Assembly: GCA_030916975.1 (NCBI GenBank)
Contig: JAUPVO010000007.1
Span: 1-33,086, forward strand
Origin: Patescibacteria group bacterium
GTDB lineage: Bacteria > Patescibacteriota > Minisyncoccia > Phycocordibacterales > UBA5272
Length of the DNA: 33,086 nucleotides
Reading direction: 5' to 3'
Position numbers and translations under genes: made by a program. Every line of letters starts with the position of its first letter. Within the stretch, counting starts at the first letter, position 1. Below are positions 9,892 to 18,880 of the stretch, piece after piece. The notes beneath the pieces were generated by a model, which ran no database searches, had not been told where the DNA came from, and saw only the letters and a program-made list of their open reading frames with translations.

Positions 9892-12876
9892 TTATCTATA
9901 CTTAATCATTTCTTCAACTTCCTCTTTTGTGATTTTCCCTTTTTCTATCATATCTTCTACCATTAATTCTAGCAGCGTTTTATCTTTGATGCTATACTTT
10001 CCTTCTTTTACAGTTCTGTCTTCAACGAGTTTGCTTAGATTAATCATGGCTTCTCTGGAGAGACCTTTTGGAGGTTCAGACATAGTATTAAACCCACTAA
10101 CTTTCATTTTGATAAATTCATTTCTAAAGATAGCATATTCGTCAACATGGAATAATCTTCTCTTTACCCCTTTACTCATAACTTCTCTAATATAGTCTTT
10201 GATAGGGTTATTCCTCGGTCCATCTGTCAGAGCCTTGTTTAGTTTTGGATAATGAATTTCTATTCCATCTCTTTCTCCTTCCATGAATCTTTTAACTTTC
10301 CCAGAAGATTCGTGATAAGTTGTTCCTAATACTCCAGAAGACTCAAGAAGGACAGACATAAGCGCAACTCCAGCTTGACGAGAAGCACTTTCCAAAGTCA
10401 GCTTCTCGAAGATAATATCATCTATTTCATTATCGGATAGACGACTAACCACTTTCCCACTTTCCCCACCAAACTTCCCTCTAACTCTTAACCACTTTTT
10501 TGGTTGATTGAATAAAATATCTGTCAAATGTTCTGTCACCCTATTTACTGCAGACTCCTCATGTAATAGGTTATAAGCCTCTGTTAAGATTGATTTATGC
10601 TCTATATAATGTTCTATATCTCTACCTTTATCCTGTCCTATACCTAGCTCTTTTATTATTTTGAGTTGTACAGTTCTATCCCAAGTTCTAAACTTTTTCT
10701 CTATTCTATTCACTTCAAATTCTGTTAGCTTATACTTATCCATAAGCTTTATCTTGTTCTCATCTTTTTTGAAAAATTCTACCGCATCTCCAACTCTATC
10801 ATCATCAATCCCTCCTCTGTTTCCGTCAATATTCAAAAAGTCTGAGAACATTGTCTTAAGATTATAAACCACACCGAGATTAGATAATTTCGCCTCGTCT
10901 TTTGTATCAGTACTCCTTAGAAGATTCTTTAACTTTTCAAATTCTTTTACTTTACTTGCTTTGAGTTTATCAGAAAATGTTTGCAGCTCACTAATCCAAA
11001 GTCCAAGATTCTTTTTCTCTTCTTCCGTTAGCTTCTCGCGATTAGAAGTTATAAATGTTCTGTCTGTTATATTCTTATCTTCAACTAGATTTTTAATAGA
11101 TAGCATAATATCTATTATTGGGAACTTCAATTGCCCTTTTACTTTGTGGGCTTGTTCATAATCTTTAAATGTAGTTCTTTCATTTGTTCCTGGACGTTTA
11201 ATGTAAGCCTCTTCATTAGTTAACTTACCTCCGAACACATCAATAAACAAGTCAAGAACATGGTCAGGCTTCATGTCTTCTATCTGCTCCTCGTGCATGC
11301 CTATAACTTTTTTATCTAAGACTTTAAACCTCTCTTCAAGTCGATCAAATATCTTCTCATAACGAACTCTAAGTATTTCATTTTTGTTTAGAGAAGCTTT
11401 GTAATCAGGTTTACTCTTTTCTTCATCAGAGGCTTTTATTTTTCTTATCTTTCCTCTAACATTTTCCATTTGATGAAGTATGCTAGCTAACTGAATATCT
11501 TTTAGAGGAATATCTTCATTATCCACCCCAAAACCAATAAGATCTTTTTGTATATCAGTCAGTTCTTTACTAATAACAACCACGAGTTCATCCACCTTCT
11601 TTTGGTGCTTTAAACCTGGTTCCTCAGGAGAAATAGGAGGTATAGTTACAGAAGAAGGTGCTGCTGCTGGAGTACTAGATGGTGAAGCGCTTGAAGGTGT
11701 TGAAGGCACAGAAAAGCTATATGAAATATTGATAGGGCTGCTAGAACCAGAAGATTTTGAAGGTGAGGATGAAGGGGCAGGTGAAGCTGTTGGAGTTCCG
11801 GTTGAAGAAGCAGCAGGAGTGGCTGGTATTGGCGAAGCGGTGCTAGATGACTTGGCGACTAGCTCAGCTTTCTTCAACTCCAACATATGAATAAGACCAT
11901 CATCTCTTCTAACTATCTGACCTCCTACCTTTTTTATGCCTGCACCTTTACTAAAAATAGGACTACCTAAAATAAAATTTTCTAAAATGTGACGTTTATT
12001 TTTATCCATCTTTTTATCACCTAACAACTCCCTTAGCTTCTCTGTAAGCTTAGCAATCTCAGATTCAAGACCTTGTATCGTATCTGCGCGCATAGCTATA
12101 GCAAAGATATCAATAAGCTGCTTTGCTTCGTCAGGATAAATTTTAACCGCTTCAGAATTATTTAACTTCGTCTGAATGTCTTTGGATAGTATAAATTGAT
12201 TCTGAAAATCTTTTAATTCATTTTGTATGCTAGCTATCTTCTTGTCAGAATCTTGTACATCCCTCTCTTTATCTTCCAGCATCTTCAAAGCTTCTGCTTT
12301 TTCGGTTAAGTTCTTCTCAACTTCTTCTCTTAATCTTTTGATTTCTTGTCTTTGTTCAGTCAGATAGGCTTCAGCCGACTGGAGATCCAGAGTCAATCTA
12401 TTTATTTTAGCTTCAGAGTTTATGTTATCAGCCTTAAGATCTTTTAAGTTATTCTCGAGCTCTGGCACTCTACTCTTAACTTCAGATCCGACTTTCCCGA
12501 TTAACCTCCTAGCACGAGCTGGTGAAGATGGCGTATTCAAATCTCCTTCCCTTTTTTTTAAAGAAGATGGTATAGCTCCCACCAAAGTGTCCCTGACATC
12601 GTCCGAAGGCTTTCCAGACTTACCTCCTAAATAATCAACAAATTCATTATAAGCTTCAACTTCTTTCTTTTCTCCAGTTATTTTTAAATGTCTACCAAAT
12701 CTGCCAAAAGCGTGATTGTCTTCTTTGGGATTAAACCCAAATGTATCATTCTCTAATCTGCTAGCCAACTCTTTCATCTGATCATGAAAATTAGGTTTTG
12801 TAGCAGCACTAGGAGCACCAGAGGGAGCTTGGGGTGCTTGGTTGGCAGAAGAAGGATTTGAAGGAAAAGGAGGCAT
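9892..12876 (-). CDS. Large orphan protein with coiled-coil N-half, Pro/Ser/Ala-rich linker and globular C-half
   Basis: 994-aa ORF. The low-complexity stretch SSTASPIPATPAASSTGTPTASPAPSSSPSKSSGSSSP is encoded near 11640-11860. No recognisable catalytic motif. Confidence 0.8.
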   Translation of the reverse strand: MPPFPSNPSSANQAPQAPSGAPSAATKPNFHDQMKELASRLENDTFGFNPKEDNHAFGRFGRHLKITGEKKEVEAYNEFVDYLGGKSGKPSDDVRDTLVGAIPSSLKKREGDLNTPSSPARARRLIGKVGSEVKSRVPELENNLKDLKADNINSEAKINRLTLDLQSAEAYLTEQRQEIKRLREEVEKNLTEKAEALKMLEDKERDVQDSDKKIASIQNELKDFQNQFILSKDIQTKLNNSEAVKIYPDEAKQLIDIFAIAMRADTIQGLESEIAKLTEKLRELLGDKKMDKNKRHILENFILGSPIFSKGAGIKKVGGQIVRRDDGLIHMLELKKAELVAKSSSTASPIPATPAASSTGTPTASPAPSSSPSKSSGSSSPINISYSFSVPSTPSSASPSSTPAAAPSSVTIPPISPEEPGLKHQKKVDELVVVISKELTDIQKDLIGFGVDNEDIPLKDIQLASILHQMENVRGKIRKIKASDEEKSKPDYKASLNKNEILRVRYEKIFDRLEERFKVLDKKVIGMHEEQIEDMKPDHVLDLFIDVFGGKLTNEEAYIKRPGTNERTTFKDYEQAHKVKGQLKFPIIDIMLSIKNLVEDKNITDRTFITSNREKLTEEEKKNLGLWISELQTFSDKLKASKVKEFEKLKNLLRSTDTKDEAKLSNLGVVYNLKTMFSDFLNIDGNRGGIDDDRVGDAVEFFKKDENKIKLMDKYKLTEFEVNRIEKKFRTWDRTVQLKIIKELGIGQDKGRDIEHYIEHKSILTEAYNLLHEESAVNRVTEHLTDILFNQPKKWLRVRGKFGGESGKVVSRLSDNEIDDIIFEKLTLESASRQAGVALMSVLLESSGVLGTTYHESSGKVKRFMEGERDGIEIHYPKLNKALTDGPRNNPIKDYIREVMSKGVKRRLFHVDEYAIFRNEFIKMKVSGFNTMSEPPKGLSREAMINLSKLVEDRTVKEGKYSIKDKTLLELMVEDMIEKGKITKEEVEEMIKYR

Positions 12877-12944
12877 AGAATAAGATGTAAACGCGATTAG
12901 TGTTTCTTAATAAATATTATACTACAATATACTCATTTTGTTTC

Positions 12945-12973
12945 TTGATTTATAGTGTCAAAACTGTTAATAT
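12945..12973 (+). promoter_or_regulatory. Putative sigma70-type promoter of the M23 peptidase gene
   Basis: TTGATT (12945-12950), 17-nt spacer, TAATAT (12968-12973). This leaves a leader of about 110 nt. Confidence 0.4.
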
Positions 12974-13082
12974 TGTGAATAGGACTGCTAGGCAATAATG
13001 ATAGGAAAGACTAATATTCTAAATAAACCTTAGTTTAAATAGAAAATTAACAAGAAAGCAAGATGATTGCTAGCAGATAATT

Positions 13083-14159
13083 ATGAAATCCACTAATCAA
13101 AATCAGGCTTTTTATAAATCTTCCAAAAGAGGTAATTTGTTTGTGATAATGATATTTGTTGTGCTTATATTTGGTTTTGGTACTAACAAGGTAGAGGCTG
13201 GTTTTTGGAATGATCTCTTTGCAAGAATAAAAAGCACTTTTACAACTAGTGCCAGCGTAACTTCTGGTGACACAACTAATTATGAAGCGTCTAGCTCTGA
13301 CGACTTTGTTATTAATCCTACCTCCAAAAATCTAGTCCAAAGGAATGCGACTGACACTCAAGTGGTAAGATTGGAAGACGAAGGGGTTCTTAGCGCAGCT
13401 GTTGGCCCAGAAAGATCTAACACCGAGGAAGAGTTAAAGAATGAATTTATCCAAGTCTATGAAGTTAAAGATAAAGACACGCTTTCTGATATAGCAAAAC
13501 TTTTTGACGTATCCAAGAACACAATTGCTTGGGCCAATGACATAAAAAATGGTGTGGTTAAGCCTGGAGAGATACTCATAATCTTACCTATAGATGGTGT
13601 TAAACATACTGTAAAAAAGGGCGATACTCTAGCCTCTATAGCCAAAAAGTATAAAGCTGACAAAGTAGATATAGAAGAATTTAATAATATAAAAGATGGC
13701 GAATTGGCACTGGGAGAAGAAATAGTTATACCTGATGGAACAATGTTCTTCGACGCTCCAGCTAAAACCAATGTCAAAACTAGTGTCAAAAAAACTCTCT
13801 ATGCCAGCGCTGGGACTGGATATTATACAAGGCCAATTGTGGGAGGAATAAAAACGCAAGGTATACACGGACATAATGCAGTTGATATAGGTATTCCCGT
13901 TGGCTCACCACTCTATGCTGCCGCTGCTGGAACTGTGCAAGCAGCTAAACTTGGCGGATATAATGGAGGTTACGGTAGTATGATTATCATCTCTCACTCC
14001 AATGGAACCCAGACAGTTTATGGACATCTGAGTGCTGTGTCTGTTTCTCCTGGACAGACAGTAAGCAAAGGTGAGCAGATAGGAGCCACAGGTAACTCTG
14101 GAAGATCTACTGGGCCACATCTACACTTTGAAGTTCGTGGAGCTTCTAACCCTTTCTAA
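13083..14159 (+). CDS. LysM-domain M23 family peptidoglycan endopeptidase
   Basis: N-terminal TM and two LysM repeats (YEVKDKDTLSDIAKLF..., HTVKKGDTLASIAKKY...). M23 motifs HNAVDI and GPHLHFEV are present. Confidence 0.9.
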   Translation: MKSTNQNQAFYKSSKRGNLFVIMIFVVLIFGFGTNKVEAGFWNDLFARIKSTFTTSASVTSGDTTNYEASSSDDFVINPTSKNLVQRNATDTQVVRLEDEGVLSAAVGPERSNTEEELKNEFIQVYEVKDKDTLSDIAKLFDVSKNTIAWANDIKNGVVKPGEILIILPIDGVKHTVKKGDTLASIAKKYKADKVDIEEFNNIKDGELALGEEIVIPDGTMFFDAPAKTNVKTSVKKTLYASAGTGYYTRPIVGGIKTQGIHGHNAVDIGIPVGSPLYAAAAGTVQAAKLGGYNGGYGSMIIISHSNGTQTVYGHLSAVSVSPGQTVSKGEQIGATGNSGRSTGPHLHFEVRGASNPF

Positions 14160-14162
14160 TGA

Positions 14163-15689
14163 TTAATTGAGCTTAGGTCTATATTGAAAAGCTTCTATAA
14201 TATGTTCATTTTTGATATCGTCACTTCCTTCTAAATCAGCTATTGTTCTAGCAACTCTTATCATTCGATGATACACTCTAGGGCTAATATCCAGAGATGT
14301 AGCCAGTCTATTCAGAGTCTGAGTCACTTCTTCTTGAAGTGGTGATACGTGCTGAAGCTCTTTGGAAGAAAGGTTTTTATTTAATTTATTCTTAATATTT
14401 TTATTTTCATTTCTGTTACGACTATTAACTCTGGCCTTTATAATACTCTCTTTCAATAGATGGGAAGCCTTTTCTTCTTTTTGTGTGCTAGATAATTCTT
14501 CATAAGATACATTCTGAACGAAAACCCAGAGATCAATCCTATCCATGATAGGGCCTGAGATTTTCTTCTTGTATCTCTCTATTTCTGATTGTTTACAGCT
14601 ACACTCTTTTACTTTGGACCCCCTATATCCGCATGGACAAGGATTCATAGCTGCTAGCAAAATAAAATCTGCTGGGAATACTTCACTTCCTTTTGCTCTA
14701 CTTATTCTAATTACACCATCCTCCAACGGCTCCCTCATTGCTTCTAAAGCTTCTCTGTCGTATTCAGGGAATTCATCCAAGAATAAAACCCCTCTATGAG
14801 CTAATGTAATATCTCCTGGTTTTGGTATTGATCCTCCTCCAATAATAGAAACGTAACTGCTTGTGTGATGAGGGCTTCGTAGTGGTGGGTGAGATATTAT
14901 CGTTTCCGATGTGGCTCCAGCCACAGAATGTATAGAAGTAACATCAAGAGACTCCTCAAAAGAAAGCTCAGGCAATATTCCTGTAAAGGCTTTGGCTAAC
15001 ATTGTTTTACCTGTTCCTGGCGGACCATATAAACAGATATTGTGTCCACCAGCTGCAGCGATAAGCAAAGCTCTCTTAGCTAATTGCTGTCCTCTTATCT
15101 CACTTATGTCTGGGTAATTTGGTTTGTTTATAATGAGATCTTGCTTTTCTGTTTCTTCGAGTGTGATGTTTCCTTTTAAAAATTCTACAACTTCTATAAC
15201 ATTCTTGACGCCATAAACCTGAATCCCTTCTACCAAAGCTGCTTCAAGTCGATTATCATATGGAACAAATACTTTTTTGAACCCATTTTCTTTGGCTGTC
15301 TTAGCAATAGCCAAAACCCCCTTAAGCTTCTGTATCTCTCCTTGTAAGCTAAGCTCTCCCACAAAAATACATTTATCGATAAACTCACAACTAATCTCTT
15401 CAACGCTTACCAGATATGAGATAGCTATGGCCAGATCAAACACAGGCCCTTCTTTTCTTATATCTGCTGGGGCTAGTGAGCAAGTCAACTTATGGTTGCG
15501 ACTTTTGGGGCTATCATAATTACTGTTCTTGAGAGCTGCATGAACTCTCTCTTTACTTTCAGCTACTGACTGATCTGGCAAACCAACTATTATAAAATTA
15601 TAAACTCCTGTTGAAACATCAGTTTCTACACTGATCGGCACACCTTTGAGACCAACAACTTGTGCAGAATATATTTTTGCCACCTTCAT
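14163..15689 (-). CDS. comM: YifB/ComM family Mg-chelatase-like ATPase
   Basis: Walker A GPPGTGKT, Walker B LFLDEF, Cys cluster NPCPCGYRGSKVKECSCK. Typical N-terminal Lon-like and C-terminal ChlI-like regions. Confidence 0.9.
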   Translation of the reverse strand: MKVAKIYSAQVVGLKGVPISVETDVSTGVYNFIIVGLPDQSVAESKERVHAALKNSNYDSPKSRNHKLTCSLAPADIRKEGPVFDLAIAISYLVSVEEISCEFIDKCIFVGELSLQGEIQKLKGVLAIAKTAKENGFKKVFVPYDNRLEAALVEGIQVYGVKNVIEVVEFLKGNITLEETEKQDLIINKPNYPDISEIRGQQLAKRALLIAAAGGHNICLYGPPGTGKTMLAKAFTGILPELSFEESLDVTSIHSVAGATSETIISHPPLRSPHHTSSYVSIIGGGSIPKPGDITLAHRGVLFLDEFPEYDREALEAMREPLEDGVIRISRAKGSEVFPADFILLAAMNPCPCGYRGSKVKECSCKQSEIERYKKKISGPIMDRIDLWVFVQNVSYEELSSTQKEEKASHLLKESIIKARVNSRNRNENKNIKNKLNKNLSSKELQHVSPLQEEVTQTLNRLATSLDISPRVYHRMIRVARTIADLEGSDDIKNEHIIEAFQYRPKLN

Positions 15690-15774
15690 ATTTTAATGAT
15701 AACACAAAAGAAAAATTATCTACCCTAAAAATTAAAAAACAAAATAAAATAATTGAGTAATTAAATAAAATAAA

Positions 15775-16554
15775 CTAATTAATTTTTAATTCTATAGTTA
15801 TCGGACAATGATCGCTACCTTGAACACTATCTAATATCTCTGCCTCCGTCACATTCTCTTGTATACTTTTAGAAACATAGAAATAATCTATTCTCCACCC
15901 AACATTTTTCTCTCTACTTCTTGTTTTCATGTCCCACCAAGTATATTGGATTTTGTTATCATTTTTGTATCTGTATACATCAACAAAATTTTCTACGAAT
16001 TTGGCCAAAGCCGTTCTCTCTGGCACTGTACAACCAAGCTTGTCTTTGTTCTCTTTCGGCCTAGCCAAATCAATATCGCTATTGGTAGCGTTCACATCAC
16101 CGCACCATATTACAGGCTTTTTCTTTTCTAATTTTTGAGCTAATTTGAGAAAATTACTATAATACTCTAGCTTGTACTGATAATGTTCTTCACTTTTACC
16201 TCCATTAGGAAAATAGCAATTAATAAGATAGAACTGATCAAACTCAACCACAATTGTTCTGCCTTCTTCATCATAAAAATCTTTTTTACCAAGTGTGGCA
16301 TGAGTTAATGTGAAAGGCAGCTTAGAATAAATCGCCACTCCTGAATAACCTTTTCTATTGGTAGCACTTTCAAATACACTTTTATAACCTTTATAATTTA
16401 GCTGCTCTTCTGTTAATTGACCGGCTTCACACTTTGTTTCTTGTATAGAAAGTATGTCAGGATTGTAAAAATCTATAAAATCTTGAAAAGCATTTTTCCT
16501 CCACACAGCGCGAAGTCCATTTACATTCCAGCTAGCGAGTTTTATCTTTTTCAT
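15775..16554 (-). CDS. xth: Exodeoxyribonuclease III (AP endonuclease)
   Basis: Motifs WNVNGLRA, SIQETK, GDVNA and SDHCPI are characteristic of the ExoIII/APE1 family. Length 259 aa. Confidence 0.9.
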   Translation of the reverse strand: MKKIKLASWNVNGLRAVWRKNAFQDFIDFYNPDILSIQETKCEAGQLTEEQLNYKGYKSVFESATNRKGYSGVAIYSKLPFTLTHATLGKKDFYDEEGRTIVVEFDQFYLINCYFPNGGKSEEHYQYKLEYYSNFLKLAQKLEKKKPVIWCGDVNATNSDIDLARPKENKDKLGCTVPERTALAKFVENFVDVYRYKNDNKIQYTWWDMKTRSREKNVGWRIDYFYVSKSIQENVTEAEILDSVQGSDHCPITIELKIN

Positions 16555-16576
16555 ATTATTCTAAATCGATTATATA

Positions 16577-16906
16577 TTAATTCTGATTAATAAGAAGTCC
16601 TTGTTCCTTACAAGCTGTAGCCATAAAAGATTTCCAGAAGGTAGGACATTGCAAGATTATGGTTTTCTCATAGCCACTACTCTTCTCTTTGACTCTATAA
16701 TCACAAGTTACATAAGTGTCATGATTGGTATCATCACCCTGACAACTATGTCCAGCCACATCATAATCTTGATACATTTTATTTATATAGTCTTCCGCCT
16801 TAACATCTGCCCGAGCAGCCCTTAACTGATTACCAAGTATAAAATAGGCATAAAACCCTGATAAAATAATAATTAAAAAGATAAAAAAGTATAGATATTT
16901 TTTCAT
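16577..16906 (-). CDS. Small membrane-anchored Cys-containing hypothetical protein
   Basis: 109-aa ORF with an N-terminal TM (YLYFFIFLIIILSGFYAYFIL) and 4 Cys in the ectodomain. Confidence 0.6.
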   Translation of the reverse strand: MKKYLYFFIFLIIILSGFYAYFILGNQLRAARADVKAEDYINKMYQDYDVAGHSCQGDDTNHDTYVTCDYRVKEKSSGYEKTIILQCPTFWKSFMATACKEQGLLINQN

Positions 16907-16942
16907 GATATCAATATTAACATAAGATGCTATTAACTCAAA

Positions 16943-18244
16943 CTATCGACCATTAACAGCGCCTAACTCAAAATTGAACCTTTTTAACAAAACGGTATCT
17001 CCAGATGATCTAGTCTTACCATAAACCTCAAATTCAAACTTATTCTTACCATTCACTAAGTTCATGCCATAAAGCTCTACAACACTTTCTTCACCTGGGT
17101 TAATTTTTTCCAGTGCTGGATTACTGATTTTATTAAAAGTATAATTATTGTTAGAGACTTTACCTATCACCACAACCTCAGATACATAATTATCGGAAAC
17201 GTTTTTAATAGTTAATAATAATGAATTCCTTCTACCAAGATCAAAAGCTACAGCATCACCTCCATCAACACCAATCTTATAATTATAACTAATGGGTGAA
17301 GCGACTAGTTTAACTTCGTAAACAGAATTGGTTATAAGTGACTTTTCTGTCTCTCCGTTATAAGTAGAAACTGCTCCGTTAAACGTCTGATTACTAGTTA
17401 AAACAGTCTTAAAATGCCCTTTAACAATATATTCTTTACTATCACCCACTTTAAGATCTTGTATAACAAACTTGGTCGGGTCTGAGGAAGAGGCTGTTTG
17501 TTCCACTAAAAATCCTGGCGGCGGACTAACGCGAAGCATAAGACCATCTGTACCATCATAGGAAACATTCTTAACTGTAAACTTATAAGAGTAATCATGA
17601 TCTTCTATGATATCTTTGTTACCATCTATACTAAGAGCGATACTTGGCGATATTATCTTCACGTCTTTGGATAAATCCTTTTTAAAAGAAGAATTAGAGC
17701 CCTGTACATTATATTCTAAAGTTAAAAAGATTTTTCTTATATCTCCTTCCTGTCCATTAAAAACATATTCTGTCGTAGTAGAAACATAGACCGTCGGATC
17801 TATATTGCCGATATTAAAATTCTTAATCTCTTGGTCCACTACTCCGTCAGCTGAAAACCCTTTTTGAACTCTGAGTGTTACTTTGGCATTGTTGATGGCT
17901 AAGCTGTTATTATTCTGAATTGAGACACTCATATTGCCTGGTTGCCCTCCTTTAACATTATCATCTATATTAATACTTAGTGATATCTTATCATTAGATA
18001 TAGTATTCTTACCAAGATAATAATTAACTCCAGCGTATACCAATGCTGCTGCAAGTATAATAAAAGACCCTATGAAGAATTTCCAAAGGAAGGATTTTTT
18101 GTTGTAATTATTATCCTGCGACACTTCCTCTGAATTATTATTTATATTGCCATCTATGTGTGACCAGTCTGTATAGTACTCATCATTGCTTGTTGCTTGA
18201 TTGAGTTTTTCTCTATTAGTATTTGAACCTTGATTATTTTCCAT
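16943..18244 (-). CDS. Membrane-anchored hypothetical protein with a beta-rich ectodomain
   Basis: The track ORF extends to a GTG at 18280 and would overlap the recO stop. The ATG at 18244 (MENNQGS...) avoids that overlap. One TM (FFIGSFIILAAALVYAGV). Confidence 0.65.
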   Translation of the reverse strand: MENNQGSNTNREKLNQATSNDEYYTDWSHIDGNINNNSEEVSQDNNYNKKSFLWKFFIGSFIILAAALVYAGVNYYLGKNTISNDKISLSINIDDNVKGGQPGNMSVSIQNNNSLAINNAKVTLRVQKGFSADGVVDQEIKNFNIGNIDPTVYVSTTTEYVFNGQEGDIRKIFLTLEYNVQGSNSSFKKDLSKDVKIISPSIALSIDGNKDIIEDHDYSYKFTVKNVSYDGTDGLMLRVSPPPGFLVEQTASSSDPTKFVIQDLKVGDSKEYIVKGHFKTVLTSNQTFNGAVSTYNGETEKSLITNSVYEVKLVASPISYNYKIGVDGGDAVAFDLGRRNSLLLTIKNVSDNYVSEVVVIGKVSNNNYTFNKISNPALEKINPGEESVVELYGMNLVNGKNKFEFEVYGKTRSSGDTVLLKRFNFELGAVNGR

Positions 18245-18251
18245 AATAAAA

Positions 18252-18803
18252 TTATAACATGCTTGCCTCAACTGCGTCACGAATATTTTTCACAGCCAAG
18301 TCTCTGAGCAGAGCTACTTTCATATACATGTCATCTATGGAGCTTATTTTATATTCCTCCAAAGTCATATCTAACTTAGATATATCGAGATAACCTCCTA
18401 CTGTTAGTATGTCTGCCATCATGCATAACCTCACAGAGTTGGTATCCAAATCATTCCTACATCCATATTCTCTGATACGGTCGTACAGTTTAATGTTTTT
18501 ATTTTCAAATCCAAGAAACCTTTTAGCCAATCCTGAAACATGTGGGATTAAATCTCTGTTAGCTTTTCTGAGACTTTCTCTGGCTCCAGCAATACGATAA
18601 ATCTCTCTACCCTTAACCAAGGTAACATCGCAATATCTTCCAACCAAAAGATGTTGTCTTAGCTTACTACTCTTTTTAAGCGAACTCTGCTTGGCATTAA
18701 TAACCCCAAAATCTCTAGTATACAAAAGCAGTATTGCATCGCTTTCCGCAATATTATACTCAGACAATACCAGCGCTTCACAAGTATACTTCTCTATAGA
18801 CAT
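18252..18803 (-). CDS. recO: DNA repair protein RecO (short form)
   Basis: N-terminal OB-fold-like sequence MSIEKYTCEALVLSEYNIAESDAILLLYTRDFGVINAKQSSLKKSSKLR. The track start at 18842 is a TTG, so the ATG at 18803 is preferred. Confidence 0.7.
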   Translation of the reverse strand: MSIEKYTCEALVLSEYNIAESDAILLLYTRDFGVINAKQSSLKKSSKLRQHLLVGRYCDVTLVKGREIYRIAGARESLRKANRDLIPHVSGLAKRFLGFENKNIKLYDRIREYGCRNDLDTNSVRLCMMADILTVGGYLDISKLDMTLEEYKISSIDDMYMKVALLRDLAVKNIRDAVEASML

Positions 18804-18880
18804 TACAATATTATAACAAAAATCTATTAACCGTAAAGCCAATAGATTTATGTATTCAAAATGTTATTAAATTAAAGATT

